A DNA stretch of 64,000 nucleotides from Gammaproteobacteria bacterium (GTDB taxonomy: Bacteria > Pseudomonadota > Gammaproteobacteria > JACKNK01), in NCBI GenBank assembly GCA_024234955.1, contig JACKNK010000006.1, forward strand, positions 92,771 to 156,770. Direction: 5' to 3'. How positions within the stretch are numbered: the first letter of the stretch is position 1; every line of letters begins with the position of its first letter. A program made the position numbers and the translations under genes. The notes beneath the pieces were generated by a model, which searched no databases, was not told the DNA's origin, and saw nothing but the letters and a program-made list of their open reading frames with translations. This document shows, one piece after another, positions 22,359-31,700 of this stretch.

Positions 22359-24446
22359 TTATGGCTGGTTAGCCGGGCGCAACTCAACGCGGCGATTCTT
22401 CGCACGACCTTCTGCGGTTCGATTGTCGGCAACCGGTTCCGTCTCGCCGTAGCCTTTGGAACTCAGCCGGTCTTTCGGAACACCCTTGTCGATCAGATAG
22501 GTACGCACGCTTGCGGCTCGGCGTTGCGACAGATCGAGATTGTACGCATCCGGACCCTGCGCATCCGTATGGCCGGCAATTTCCACGACCAGATCGCCAT
22601 TGGCGATCAGAACGTTGGCGACACGGTCAAGAATCACCGAAGACGCTTCGGTCAGGGTGTCGTCATTGCTCAGGAAGTTGACGCCTTCGAGGGCGATGGC
22701 CCGGATCAGGGAGCAGCCAAACGGGCTGACCTCATCGCCGGCCGGAGTCCCCGGACAAAGATCTGCCGAATTGGCCACACCGTCCGCATCGTCATCCGGC
22801 TCGCAACCGTCTGCATTCACCGGGGTGCCAGCGGGGGTGTTGGGGCATTTGTCCCCCGAATCGAGGACCCCATCGTGATCGGAATCCAGTTCGCAACCGC
22901 TGGCATCCACCGTGGCACCAGGAACGGTATCCGGACAGTTGTCAGCGGAGTCACGCACGCCGTCACCGTCGCTATCCAGCTCGCAGCCGTTCACATCCAC
23001 CTTGGCACCGGCAACCGTATCCGGACACTGGTCGGCAGAGTCACGCACCCCGTCGCCGTCGCTATCCAGCTCGCAGCCGCTGGCGTCCACCTTGGCACCG
23101 GCAACCGTATTCGGACATTTGTCAGCGGAATCGCGCACCCCATCGCCGTCGCTATCCAGCTCGCAGCCGTTCACATCCACCTTGGCCCCGGCGACCGTAT
23201 CCGGACACTGGTCGGCAGAGTCACGCACCCCGTCGCCGTCGCTATCCAGCTCGCAGCCGTTCGCGTCCACCTTGGCACCGGCAACGGTGTCCGGACATTT
23301 GTCAGCGGAATCGAGGACGCCATCGGCATCGGAATCGAGTTCGCACCCCAGCCCGTCCACCTTCGCGCCCAGCACGGTGGACGGACAGCGGTCACGCGCG
23401 TCGATCACTCCGTCGCCATCGGCATCAAGTTCACAGCCATGCACGTCAACCGCCGCCATCGGGGTACTGGACGGGCAATCGTCCAGACCATCGACAACGC
23501 CATCCTTGTCGCCATCGAGTTCGCACCCATTGCGATCCACGACTGCGCCGGTTCGGGTGTTCGGGCACTTGTCCTGACTATCGACGACCCGATCGCCGTC
23601 GCTATCGAGCTCACAACCCTGCGTATTCACGGGCAGCCCCGCTGCGGTCTGCGGGCAGAGATCGAGGCGATCGACAACCCCATCCGCATCGGAATCCAGC
23701 TCACAACCTTTGGCATCGACGCGCGCGACCGCCGGCGTTTCCGGACACTGATCCAGGACATCGATGACGCCATCCACATCCGAATCCAGCGGACAACCGG
23801 AAGGATCGACAGGCACACCCGCAGCGGTATCCGGGCAACGATCACCGCGATCGACCACGCCATCGCCGTCGCTGTCCCGTTCACGGAAGCGGATGCGGAA
23901 AGTGACGTCGTTGACGTCATCGGTGTAGAAGCTGAGGGTATTGGTGCGCTGCACCCATTCACCCTCACGATTGCTGGCGTGATCGACGACTTCGAAGTGC
24001 GCCGGCATCACCCAGGTGTAATTCAGATGGGTGAAGTTCTCCGGGTGGTGCCAGATGCCGAAATGACCATTGGCACGCGGCTCACCATCGGAGCTGGTGA
24101 AGGTGTAAATGCCGTCCTCGCCGCGCACCAGACTGTCGCCGAACGGGGCCGCGTAGATCACCGAGAAATGCCCCTGATTGAAATGCAGGGTATTGACCTC
24201 CTCGTCGTCGGCCTTCCATTCATGCTTGTTCGGGCTGATGTAATAGAAGTCCGCCAGCTGCACCGATTTCTCGACATGGAAGTCGTAAGAAGTGTTATCC
24301 GTGCGCAAGGTGCGGTGCAGCAGATAACCGGCGGCGTCGTCGTTGAGATAGACGATGGTGTCGCTGGTGACCTCGGCATTGACCTGCGGGGAGAACAGAA
24401 TCGGGACCAGGATCGCGAAAAGCGGGAGATTAAGGCGCATCGACAT
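22359..24446 (-). CDS. OmpA-family peptidoglycan-binding protein with 13 thrombospondin type-3 (Ca-binding) repeats
   Basis: Signal peptide 'MSMRLNLPLFAILVPILFSPQVNA', ~190-aa N-domain, 13 x 30-aa 'DSDGDGVxDxxDxCPxT...GCEL' units, C-terminal OmpA_C 'GHTDAQGPDAYNLDLSQRRAASV...NRRVEL'. Confidence 0.85.
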   Translation of the reverse strand: MSMRLNLPLFAILVPILFSPQVNAEVTSDTIVYLNDDAAGYLLHRTLRTDNTSYDFHVEKSVQLADFYYISPNKHEWKADDEEVNTLHFNQGHFSVIYAAPFGDSLVRGEDGIYTFTSSDGEPRANGHFGIWHHPENFTHLNYTWVMPAHFEVVDHASNREGEWVQRTNTLSFYTDDVNDVTFRIRFRERDSDGDGVVDRGDRCPDTAAGVPVDPSGCPLDSDVDGVIDVLDQCPETPAVARVDAKGCELDSDADGVVDRLDLCPQTAAGLPVNTQGCELDSDGDRVVDSQDKCPNTRTGAVVDRNGCELDGDKDGVVDGLDDCPSSTPMAAVDVHGCELDADGDGVIDARDRCPSTVLGAKVDGLGCELDSDADGVLDSADKCPDTVAGAKVDANGCELDSDGDGVRDSADQCPDTVAGAKVDVNGCELDSDGDGVRDSADKCPNTVAGAKVDASGCELDSDGDGVRDSADQCPDTVAGAKVDVNGCELDSDGDGVRDSADNCPDTVPGATVDASGCELDSDHDGVLDSGDKCPNTPAGTPVNADGCEPDDDADGVANSADLCPGTPAGDEVSPFGCSLIRAIALEGVNFLSNDDTLTEASSVILDRVANVLIANGDLVVEIAGHTDAQGPDAYNLDLSQRRAASVRTYLIDKGVPKDRLSSKGYGETEPVADNRTAEGRAKNRRVELRPANQP
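22740..23877. repeat. 90-bp coding tandem repeat array (13 units; near-identical core ~22930-23290)
   Basis: Successive 90-nt blocks such as 'ccggacactggtcggcagagtcacgcaccccgtcgccgtcgctatccagctcgcagcc...' recur almost verbatim. Confidence 0.85.
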
Positions 24447-24588
24447 GGCGGGCTTCCGTTTCAGAGGCAGCAAGGAATGGCGCCAAATGTACCGGAGCGC
24501 GCCCCAGGACCCCATTCGGAAGTGCTTTGCCGGGCATAAAAACAGTTATGGATGACCGGGTTTCCGCGTTCAGACCTGGCATGCGCGA

Positions 24589-25596
24589 TCACGGCCTGGT
24601 GGCATTCAGACCGACAAAGCTGCCGCCATTTTCTTCCGCGAGCTTGCGCATCAGGGCGGCGAAACGGACCGCATTCAAAGTCGCTTCCTTGCCGTTCTGG
24701 AACATGGTCGGAAAACCGACCGCGTGGATACGTACCAGGCGTTCCTTGGGTTTTTTGCCGGAATTCAGACGGCTCACGGTGTTGAGCAGGTCCTGGATCG
24801 ATCCGCGCGAAAAATCGTCGCCAAACACATACAGACTGATGCGCCGATCCGGGCGATGGTATTTGCGGATCGCTGCTTCGATGCCCTCTTCCGGGCTTGA
24901 ATTGGAGAACGGGGTCCAGCCGGCGAGACGCTCGAGAATGGCCTTGCGACGGCCTTCGGTATCCGGAATCCAGCGGTCCTTGTAGGCCTCGAACATGTAA
25001 TCGCCCATGTCATTCATGACCTGGATGCCCTTGACCTTGGGATGGATGTCGAGGATTTCCGTCAGCTTCTTGAGCACCAGCGACCAGGCGCCCTTTTGCA
25101 TCGAGCCCGAGGTGTCGATGATGAAGATGATGTATTCCGCATCGACCGGCACCCCGCCGATGGTGGTGTCTTCCTGATGGCGCTGATAGCTGGCCCCGAG
25201 CAGGCGACGCTGCGCCTCGCTGAGCTTCTGTTGGGCCTGGCTGAGCTGCTTGGCGATCACGGTCTGCGCTTCGTGGGTGTTGCGCGTGGTCTGATATTGC
25301 CCCCGGATTTTGGAAAGATCGCCCTGCAGACGGGCAAGCCGGGTCTTGATCTCGGAAAGTTGCTCCTGGCTGGCGGTCAGATCGCGATTGAGCACCGTGG
25401 TCTCACCACGAATCTCGAACAGTTCCTGCTGACGTTGCGCGACCAGTCCGGAAAGGTCGGCCGAGATGCGCTCGATGGTCACCGGTTCGGCAATCTTGAC
25501 GATCACCAGCAGCAGAATGATGGCCCCGAAGCCGCAGGACACCACGTCCAGGAAAGACATGGAAAAGATCTCAACCTCACGACGACTGCGTTTCAT
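24589..25596 (-). CDS. ExbD/TolR-like single-pass protein with coiled-coil and vWA ectodomain (paralog 2)
   Basis: TM 'SMSFLDVVSCGFGAIILLLVIV' with an embedded Asp. About 90 aa of Q/E/R/L-rich heptad-like sequence. vWA with MIDAS 'IIDTSGSM'. Confidence 0.75.
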   Translation of the reverse strand: MKRSRREVEIFSMSFLDVVSCGFGAIILLLVIVKIAEPVTIERISADLSGLVAQRQQELFEIRGETTVLNRDLTASQEQLSEIKTRLARLQGDLSKIRGQYQTTRNTHEAQTVIAKQLSQAQQKLSEAQRRLLGASYQRHQEDTTIGGVPVDAEYIIFIIDTSGSMQKGAWSLVLKKLTEILDIHPKVKGIQVMNDMGDYMFEAYKDRWIPDTEGRRKAILERLAGWTPFSNSSPEEGIEAAIRKYHRPDRRISLYVFGDDFSRGSIQDLLNTVSRLNSGKKPKERLVRIHAVGFPTMFQNGKEATLNAVRFAALMRKLAEENGGSFVGLNATRP

Positions 25597-25669
25597 GACG
25601 CACCCCGCGAGGCAAACGCGCTAATCGCAACGTCGCAGAGAACGCAGCGCGGGCGATTCGCCACCGGGC

Positions 25670-26761
25670 TCACGGCCAGTCCCTCGATGGCGTGATGAAA
25701 GCGCCTTTGCTCTGCACCGCGAGTTCCCAATAACCGGCGGCAGCGAAGGCGTCGCCTTCCATCGGGAACAGGATCGTGTTCACCGGAACGCCTTTCGGGA
25801 GGCGTTTGACTGCGTCGTTGAAGTGTTCGATGCGTTCCTCGTTGGTGACCTTGGTCTTGCTCGGTCTGGACTTGCCCTGGGTCGGCAGGCCGTCGGTGAT
25901 CAGCAGGACGTTGTCCGGCTGCGGCGTCATGTCGCGCACCGCGTCGAAGGCGTTGTACAGACTGGTGCCACCGCGTGGCAGGCGTTGATAGACGGCGCGG
26001 ATGGCGTCTTCAATGTCGCCGCGCTCGCCCGTCTTCAGCCAGCCTGGCCGGCCTGCGATGACCGGCTCGGCCTGGGTGTTGAAGGCGTAAACCTGGAATT
26101 CGCCGCCCACCGGGAGATTGCTGATCAACCATTCTGCCGTGGCCTGGGCGCGTTTCCATTTCGGCGAGGCGCGCTGCTCGGCTTCGCTCAGGTTGCGGCG
26201 CAGGATCACGTTTATGACCGTCTCATCGAGCATGCTGGCGGAGGCATCGAGCAGGATCAGCACGCGTTTGCCCCCGAGTTTGAGCCCGGTCAGATACTGG
26301 CGGTCGCCGTCGCCCTGAACGCGATGCAGCCGCTCTCCCTCTTCCCGATCGGCTTCGGCCTGCGCGCCCAGACGTTTATTTTCGGTGTCCAGGGTCTTCA
26401 GGTCGGACTTCAATTCGTTGATGTGCGCCTTGGTCGCCAGAGTCTGCTGTTCCAGGCGGGCAATTTCGACATCCAGGTCGGTGCGCTTCTGAATCACCCG
26501 TTCGGCCTCACCTTCCATGCGCACCCGTTCCGCCTCGGTCGCCTCCAGACTGTTACGCGCCTCGACCAGGTTCGCCCGCCCGGCGATCACCTCCTTCTCC
26601 AGCCTGAGCACCTCGCCGCGCAGATCGGTGAAGGTCTTTTCGCGGGTCTGCACGGTATCGTGATTGAGGATCAGCACCAGCAACACCACCGCGCCGAAGC
26701 CGCAGAACATGATGTCCAGGAACGACAGCGAGAACGGCGAAAGCGTGCGGCGTGGTCTCAT
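25670..26761 (-). CDS. ExbD/TolR-like single-pass protein with coiled-coil and vWA ectodomain (paralog 1)
   Basis: TM 'SLSFLDIMFCGFGAVVLLVLIL' with an embedded Asp. About 105 aa of coiled-coil-like sequence. vWA with MIDAS 'LLDASASM' and 'LLITDGLPT'. Confidence 0.75.
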   Translation of the reverse strand: MRPRRTLSPFSLSFLDIMFCGFGAVVLLVLILNHDTVQTREKTFTDLRGEVLRLEKEVIAGRANLVEARNSLEATEAERVRMEGEAERVIQKRTDLDVEIARLEQQTLATKAHINELKSDLKTLDTENKRLGAQAEADREEGERLHRVQGDGDRQYLTGLKLGGKRVLILLDASASMLDETVINVILRRNLSEAEQRASPKWKRAQATAEWLISNLPVGGEFQVYAFNTQAEPVIAGRPGWLKTGERGDIEDAIRAVYQRLPRGGTSLYNAFDAVRDMTPQPDNVLLITDGLPTQGKSRPSKTKVTNEERIEHFNDAVKRLPKGVPVNTILFPMEGDAFAAAGYWELAVQSKGAFITPSRDWP

Positions 26762-26786
26762 GGTCGGTTATGGGATGCGGTCGAAC

Positions 26787-27581
26787 TCACGAACGCAGCT
26801 TGCGGATGAATTCCCGGTCCACATAACGCTCGGCATCGAGCACCAGCCGTTCCTGCATCAACTGGATCTGGTGGATGAAGAACATCAGCACGATGGAAAT
26901 GACCAGGGCGATGAAGGTCGAGTTGAAAGCCACCCCCAGGCTTTCAGTCACTCCGGTGATGTCGCCCTCAACCGCCTTGTGTGCCTGACCCAGTGCATCG
27001 CCGATACCGCGCACCGTGCCGATGAAACCGACCGAGGGAATCGCCCAGGCGATGTAGCGGATGATCGACAGTTCGGTCTCCATGCGCCCGCCTTCGGAAT
27101 CGCAGACATCGCGTGCGGCCGTGGATACGTCCTGCACATTGCCGGTCGCAGCGAAGCGTTCGATCGCGGTCGCCAATGCCCTGGGCAGCACCCAGTCGCG
27201 CATCTGCGCGGGCAACGCGGCAAGGCGCTCGGACAGCAGTCGCGTGTCTTCCTTGCCGATTGGCATACCAGGTGGCAGATCGAGCAGGTCGCGTTCCCCC
27301 AGGCGTTGCTGCCGCCAGGTATCCCGACCCTTGTAAGCGAGAATCGCGAACGCCCACAGCATGAGCACGAGACAGGACTCCTGCTCGTAGTCCTTGAGCA
27401 CCACGTAGAAGGAATCTTCGGTGATCGCGTCCGGATTCGCGGCCAGCATCTCCGCTTTGGCGCGCAGATCGGCATCCGCATTGGGCCGGATCACCGCCAC
27501 GTAGAGCGCATGCATGACGATGAAGGCGATCAGCAGGGCGAATATCTGGTACAGCAATTCGGTCGGCAGGTTCTTTTTCAT
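26787..27581 (-). CDS. MotA/TolQ/ExbB-family proton channel protein
   Basis: N-terminal TM, large soluble loop, C-terminal TM pair 'IAWAIPSVGFIGTVRGIGDAL ... LGVAFNSTFIALVISIVLMFF' typical of the family. Confidence 0.85.
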   Translation of the reverse strand: MKKNLPTELLYQIFALLIAFIVMHALYVAVIRPNADADLRAKAEMLAANPDAITEDSFYVVLKDYEQESCLVLMLWAFAILAYKGRDTWRQQRLGERDLLDLPPGMPIGKEDTRLLSERLAALPAQMRDWVLPRALATAIERFAATGNVQDVSTAARDVCDSEGGRMETELSIIRYIAWAIPSVGFIGTVRGIGDALGQAHKAVEGDITGVTESLGVAFNSTFIALVISIVLMFFIHQIQLMQERLVLDAERYVDREFIRKLRS

Positions 27582-27844
27582 GAACGAAGGCTTTGCTCAA
27601 GGTGTGGGCAACAAGCCGCGACGAGCGCGGGCGACGTTGTCCATCCTACATTTCTTGATGCCATGCGTGCCTTACCGCTTCCGCACGATAGCGCGAAGCC
27701 GTTCGACCGGCGGACGATCTTAAAACTTCGGTGGGATTGACGATGAACAGCCTTATCGCTTGAATGCGCGACCCGCCGAAGCATCCCGGAATCGTATCGG
27801 CGTGTTGCGTTTGAGCCCGCGCAATCCGGGCCGTGTGTAGCGTG

Positions 27845-28615
27845 ATGCGTCTCATCAGTTTCGACACCTATCGCAGCGTCGGTATCACCGGGGTCATCCC
27901 GCTCAAACCCGACGGGTTCGCCCGTCACCAAGCGCTCATTGCATCCGCCGACTGGGTATTGTTCCCGCAGACCTGGCAGCTGAATGTGCTCTGCTATGCG
28001 TGGAAACTTCCCGTATTTCCGTCGCCCGCTAGCTACGACATCGGCTATGACAAGGTCGAGCAGACCCGGGTGTTCGAAGCGCTGGCCCCGTCGCATGTCC
28101 CACATACCTTGATCCTGCCGGCGACGGAAACGGCGATGGCCGAGGCGATTGACGTGCTGGGCCTGCCGATGGTGGTCAAGGAACCGCGCAATTCGATGGG
28201 CCGAGGCGTGAGTCTGATCGAAACCCGCCAACAACTTCGGGAATGGTGCGCAAGCAGGCCGGTGCTGTATGCGCAGGAGTACCTGCCCCTGGAAGGCGAT
28301 CTCCGCATCGTCTGGGTCGGCGATCGCGTCGTCGCGGCCTATTGGCGACTGGGCGGCGACGGGTTTCACCACAACCTCGCCTGCGGCGCTGAACTTTCCT
28401 TCGATGCCATCCCTGACGCGGCACTGGAGCTGGTGTCCCGCGTGGCGACCGCGCTCGACATCGATCACGCCGGATTCGACGTCGCCTGGGTCGATGGCCA
28501 CCCTTACCTGCTGGAAATGAATGTCCTGTTCGGCAACATCGGCGTACAGCGGGCAGGCGTTGCCCTGGGGCCTGTCATCGAGGGCTATCTTCGCCGGCGC
28601 CAGATGGGCCGATAA
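27845..28615 (+). CDS. ATP-grasp (RimK-like) ligase family protein
   Basis: 'LPMVVKEPRNSMGRGVSLI', 'LYAQEYLP.EGDLRIVWVGDRVVAAYWR', 'DHAGFDVAWVDGHPYLLEMN' match the ATP-grasp core. Divergent from the MotA-like operon. Confidence 0.65.
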   Translation: MRLISFDTYRSVGITGVIPLKPDGFARHQALIASADWVLFPQTWQLNVLCYAWKLPVFPSPASYDIGYDKVEQTRVFEALAPSHVPHTLILPATETAMAEAIDVLGLPMVVKEPRNSMGRGVSLIETRQQLREWCASRPVLYAQEYLPLEGDLRIVWVGDRVVAAYWRLGGDGFHHNLACGAELSFDAIPDAALELVSRVATALDIDHAGFDVAWVDGHPYLLEMNVLFGNIGVQRAGVALGPVIEGYLRRRQMGR

Positions 28616-28752
28616 CTGGATTGGCCCCGTCCTTCACCGACCGATTCTCCTGGCCGGCATCATGTCCCTGGAATCCCTGCAGTCCATCTGAAAAGGAGTA
28701 CCGCCGGTATTCGAGAGATCTCACGCGCGGCGGTGATGGATGATCGTGTTCT

Positions 28753-31700
28753 TCATAAGCCGAATACATCACCCAATGTATTGAAGCCTTTGGATATTGC
28801 TTTCCAGGCCTTGTTGAAGGCTTTGACGAACTGAATCTGGGCGAAAAATGCGGCGATTTCCTTGCCCACCACCCCAAAAGTGTGAAAGACCTCCGTACTG
28901 ACGAAGCCACCGGCGAGCAGGGTGTAACGGAGTGCATCGTGCGAAATGTTCAACACGGTGTTGAGCGCCACGCCCGCTTCTTTAACCGGCACGCCAATGT
29001 CTTTGAGGGCGGCGGCGACCCATTGCAACTTCAAGTTGGCTGCGCCGTCCCAGGCGACGTTTAGGAAGCCGGTGACGTTGACGGCGTCGAACCCGGCCGC
29101 ATGAAGCAGTTTGCCGACCGTGGTCAGTTGGAATTCGGTGAAGCCATAGAGGCCCTTGAGAACCATTCCAGTCTCTATGCCGTTGAACCCCAGAAGCTTC
29201 AGGGTGCTGGCAATCTGGTTCTGCGGGGACTGCAGGACGCTCTTCATCACCGCGCCGATGTCGTTGACGGGGAACCCGGCGGCCTTGAGCGCGGCAGGGA
29301 TACCCGTCGCATCGGCGAGCTGCGCTTGCAGGCCGGTCGCGACCTCCCAGGCGTTGTAACCACCTCTCTTGAGCACCAAGGCAAGGGCGTCGGTACCCAG
29401 GTTGTAGACCGGCCCCAACCCGGTCGCGGCGAACACGGAATCCAGTCCGGAATTCTTGAGCACGGTGAGTGCGGCGTCCGCAGGGAGCTGATAGAAGGTG
29501 TTCAAACCCTGAACGATGTCCTGGGCGCTGGCTTGCATGCGGAGCGCGGCCTTGACGGCAGATTCCGGGTCGGCGTTGTAGACACTCTTGGCGACGGACA
29601 GCGCGTTGACCGTCAATTCGACGGAGCCGCGTGCGACCGCATCCGCGAGGTCCTCGAACTTCCCCCAGACCATCTTGATGAGATCAAGACCGTGCACGGC
29701 AAGGTGGTTGAGGATCGCCGTATAGAGCGTATCGAAACCGGTGGGCGGTGTGCTCAGCGTCAGTGTCGGGAAAGAGATGTTGACACCGTAGAGGTTGAGG
29801 GCGCCGCTGAGCGACATCGAGAATTCGGCACCCACCGCGACGCTGATTGCCGTCTGCAAAGTGAAGGAGACGTTGATCAGATTCAGGTTGCCAAGCGGAG
29901 TGGGCAACTTGCAGTTGAGGAAAACGCCCATCGTGCCCGAGGCCGAATAACGCGTTGGCGAAATGCTCGCAACCAGGTTGGTATTGAGCGAGAGCCAGTT
30001 GTGACTGAACGTGAGCTTGATACCGTCATTGTTGCCTTGAAGGTCAACTCGCTCGGTGGCACCGAACAACTTCATTCGCGCCGACCCCGCCAACGTCGGC
30101 GTTCCCGACATGGCCAGGTTCGCCTGCAGGACCGGCCCCGGGTTGTTGGGCCCGACGCCTGTCAGTTCCACGATGCCCGCCAGGTCGATCGAGTCCATGT
30201 CCAGCTTCAGACGCAGTCCGTCGCTGGTGTCCGCGACCAGATAGACGCCCGCGCCCCAGCCCCACAGGTCGGAGCGGCCTTGCACGGTCACGCCCTCGTC
30301 GCGGAAATGGATGCCGCCGATTGAACAGGCGGTGGGCACGATGTTGACCTTCACGCCCTTGAGCGACAGGTCGAAGACCTGGTTGAACACGCCTTGTACC
30401 TGGGAAAGCGGGACATAGCGGAGCGGCGAGACCGCCTTGATGACGTCCGCGACTTTGAGCTTTTCGAAATCTGCGGCGATGACGAATTCGTCCGGGTCGG
30501 TGATGTCGACCTTGAAAGCCAGCATGCCGTCCACGGCACCGAGACGCATGTCGCCGACGATGCCGAAGCTGTCGAGCGCACCGGCGACGTTGACGCCGGC
30601 TTCGACGGCCATCCGTCGCAGCGATATGCCGGGTATGCCGAAGGGTTTGTCCCAGGCGCCCGAGTTCTGGACCTTTCCGGTGAGTTCGCCGTCCGGGTGT
30701 CGTCCGGTGCCGTTCATGGTGAACGAGCCGGTCAGGGATTCCGGTTCGAGCTTGAAGCCGCCCGTGAACACAAGGTGGCGGGTGCTGGTGCCTTCCTTCA
30801 GGGACACGACCAGGTCGCTGGACAGCGTGAATGCCGGTTCCGGAGGCGTCCCCTTCACCGAGATACCGAAGTCGGAGCGGGTCAGACGCAACTTGAAAGC
30901 GCTGGTGTCGACCAGGGTGATCTGACGTTTGGCCGCCATTTCGAACACGAATTCGGGCGTTCGGCCGGAGGCATCGATGGCCGCGTGCAGGGCCAGTTCC
31001 TTGAGCTGGAGGAGCTTGCCGACGAGGCGGACGATGTCATTGGTCGATTCGGAAATCTTGATGTTGGCGAAGGCGTTGAAGCCTTCGTTGATGCCGGAGT
31101 CCAGGCCCGGGTCGTATACCGTCTTGAGCGTCTGGACGATGATCTTAGGATCGGTCAGCGCCAGGGAGCCGATGATGGGAAGTTCGGTGATACCTGCCAG
31201 CGAGCGGGCGGGTTGAGCACCCGAAAGGACCTGGTTGAGGCTCAACGGGGTCGGCAGGGTCAGCGTGATCGCGCAGTTCGGTTTGCCCTTGTGATGGAAG
31301 AACGCGACTTCGATGCCGGTGTCGTCGGTGCTCAGCAACGTGGTCTTGCCGCTGAGGATCAGCGCGTGGTTGTCGGGTACGCCGAGTTCGACCTCACCCT
31401 TGTCGTTGATGGGGGTTTCTGCGCCGGCGACGCCTTCCATGCCGAGCGTACCGGGGCGGCTGGAGACCTGGACGCCGGTGACGGTGATCGCGGCGCCGAT
31501 GATCTTGCTGACGACGTCGCCGGCGAACGGTGTCAGCAGAGTCCGGTCCAGCGTGATCTGGTCGTTGCGTGTGGCGGCGGTCAATTGCGCCTTGAAGGTT
31601 GCCGTGGAGGCTGGCGTCGCGGTCGCTGCGTATGGGTTGTTGGTCACGCTGATCGTGCCGTCCCGGTTGGCGGTGGCCAGCAGGTTGCCTGCGGAGTTGA

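Noticed and set aside
22740-23877. Regular repeat array that could superficially resemble a CRISPR or VNTR locus.
   Set aside because: The 90-bp units are contiguous with no unique spacers, stay in frame, and encode thrombospondin type-3 Ca-binding repeats inside a larger ORF.
22524-24539. 671-aa ORF on the plus strand opposite the OmpA/TSP3 gene. Similar long antisense ORFs: 43702..46404 (900 aa), 47799..50234 (811 aa), 50569..52998 (809 aa), 30394..32496 (700 aa), 57277..59217 (646 aa), 33333..34751 (472 aa), 59532..60980 (482 aa), 15014..16057 (347 aa).
   Set aside because: These are shadow ORFs typical of GC-rich DNA. Their translations are R/G/H/D/A-rich with no motifs, while the opposite strand in every case encodes a protein with clear family signatures.
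22359-27581. Assigning the MotA-like operon to Zorya, Tol-Pal, ExbBD-TonB, a flagellar stator or the Bat aerotolerance operon.
   Set aside because: There is no ZorC/ZorD and no long ZorA tail. TonB, TolA, TolB and Pal are absent, as are flagellar genes and MoxR/DUF58 (Bat). Only the generic A-subunit fold and the B-subunit TM Asp are shared.
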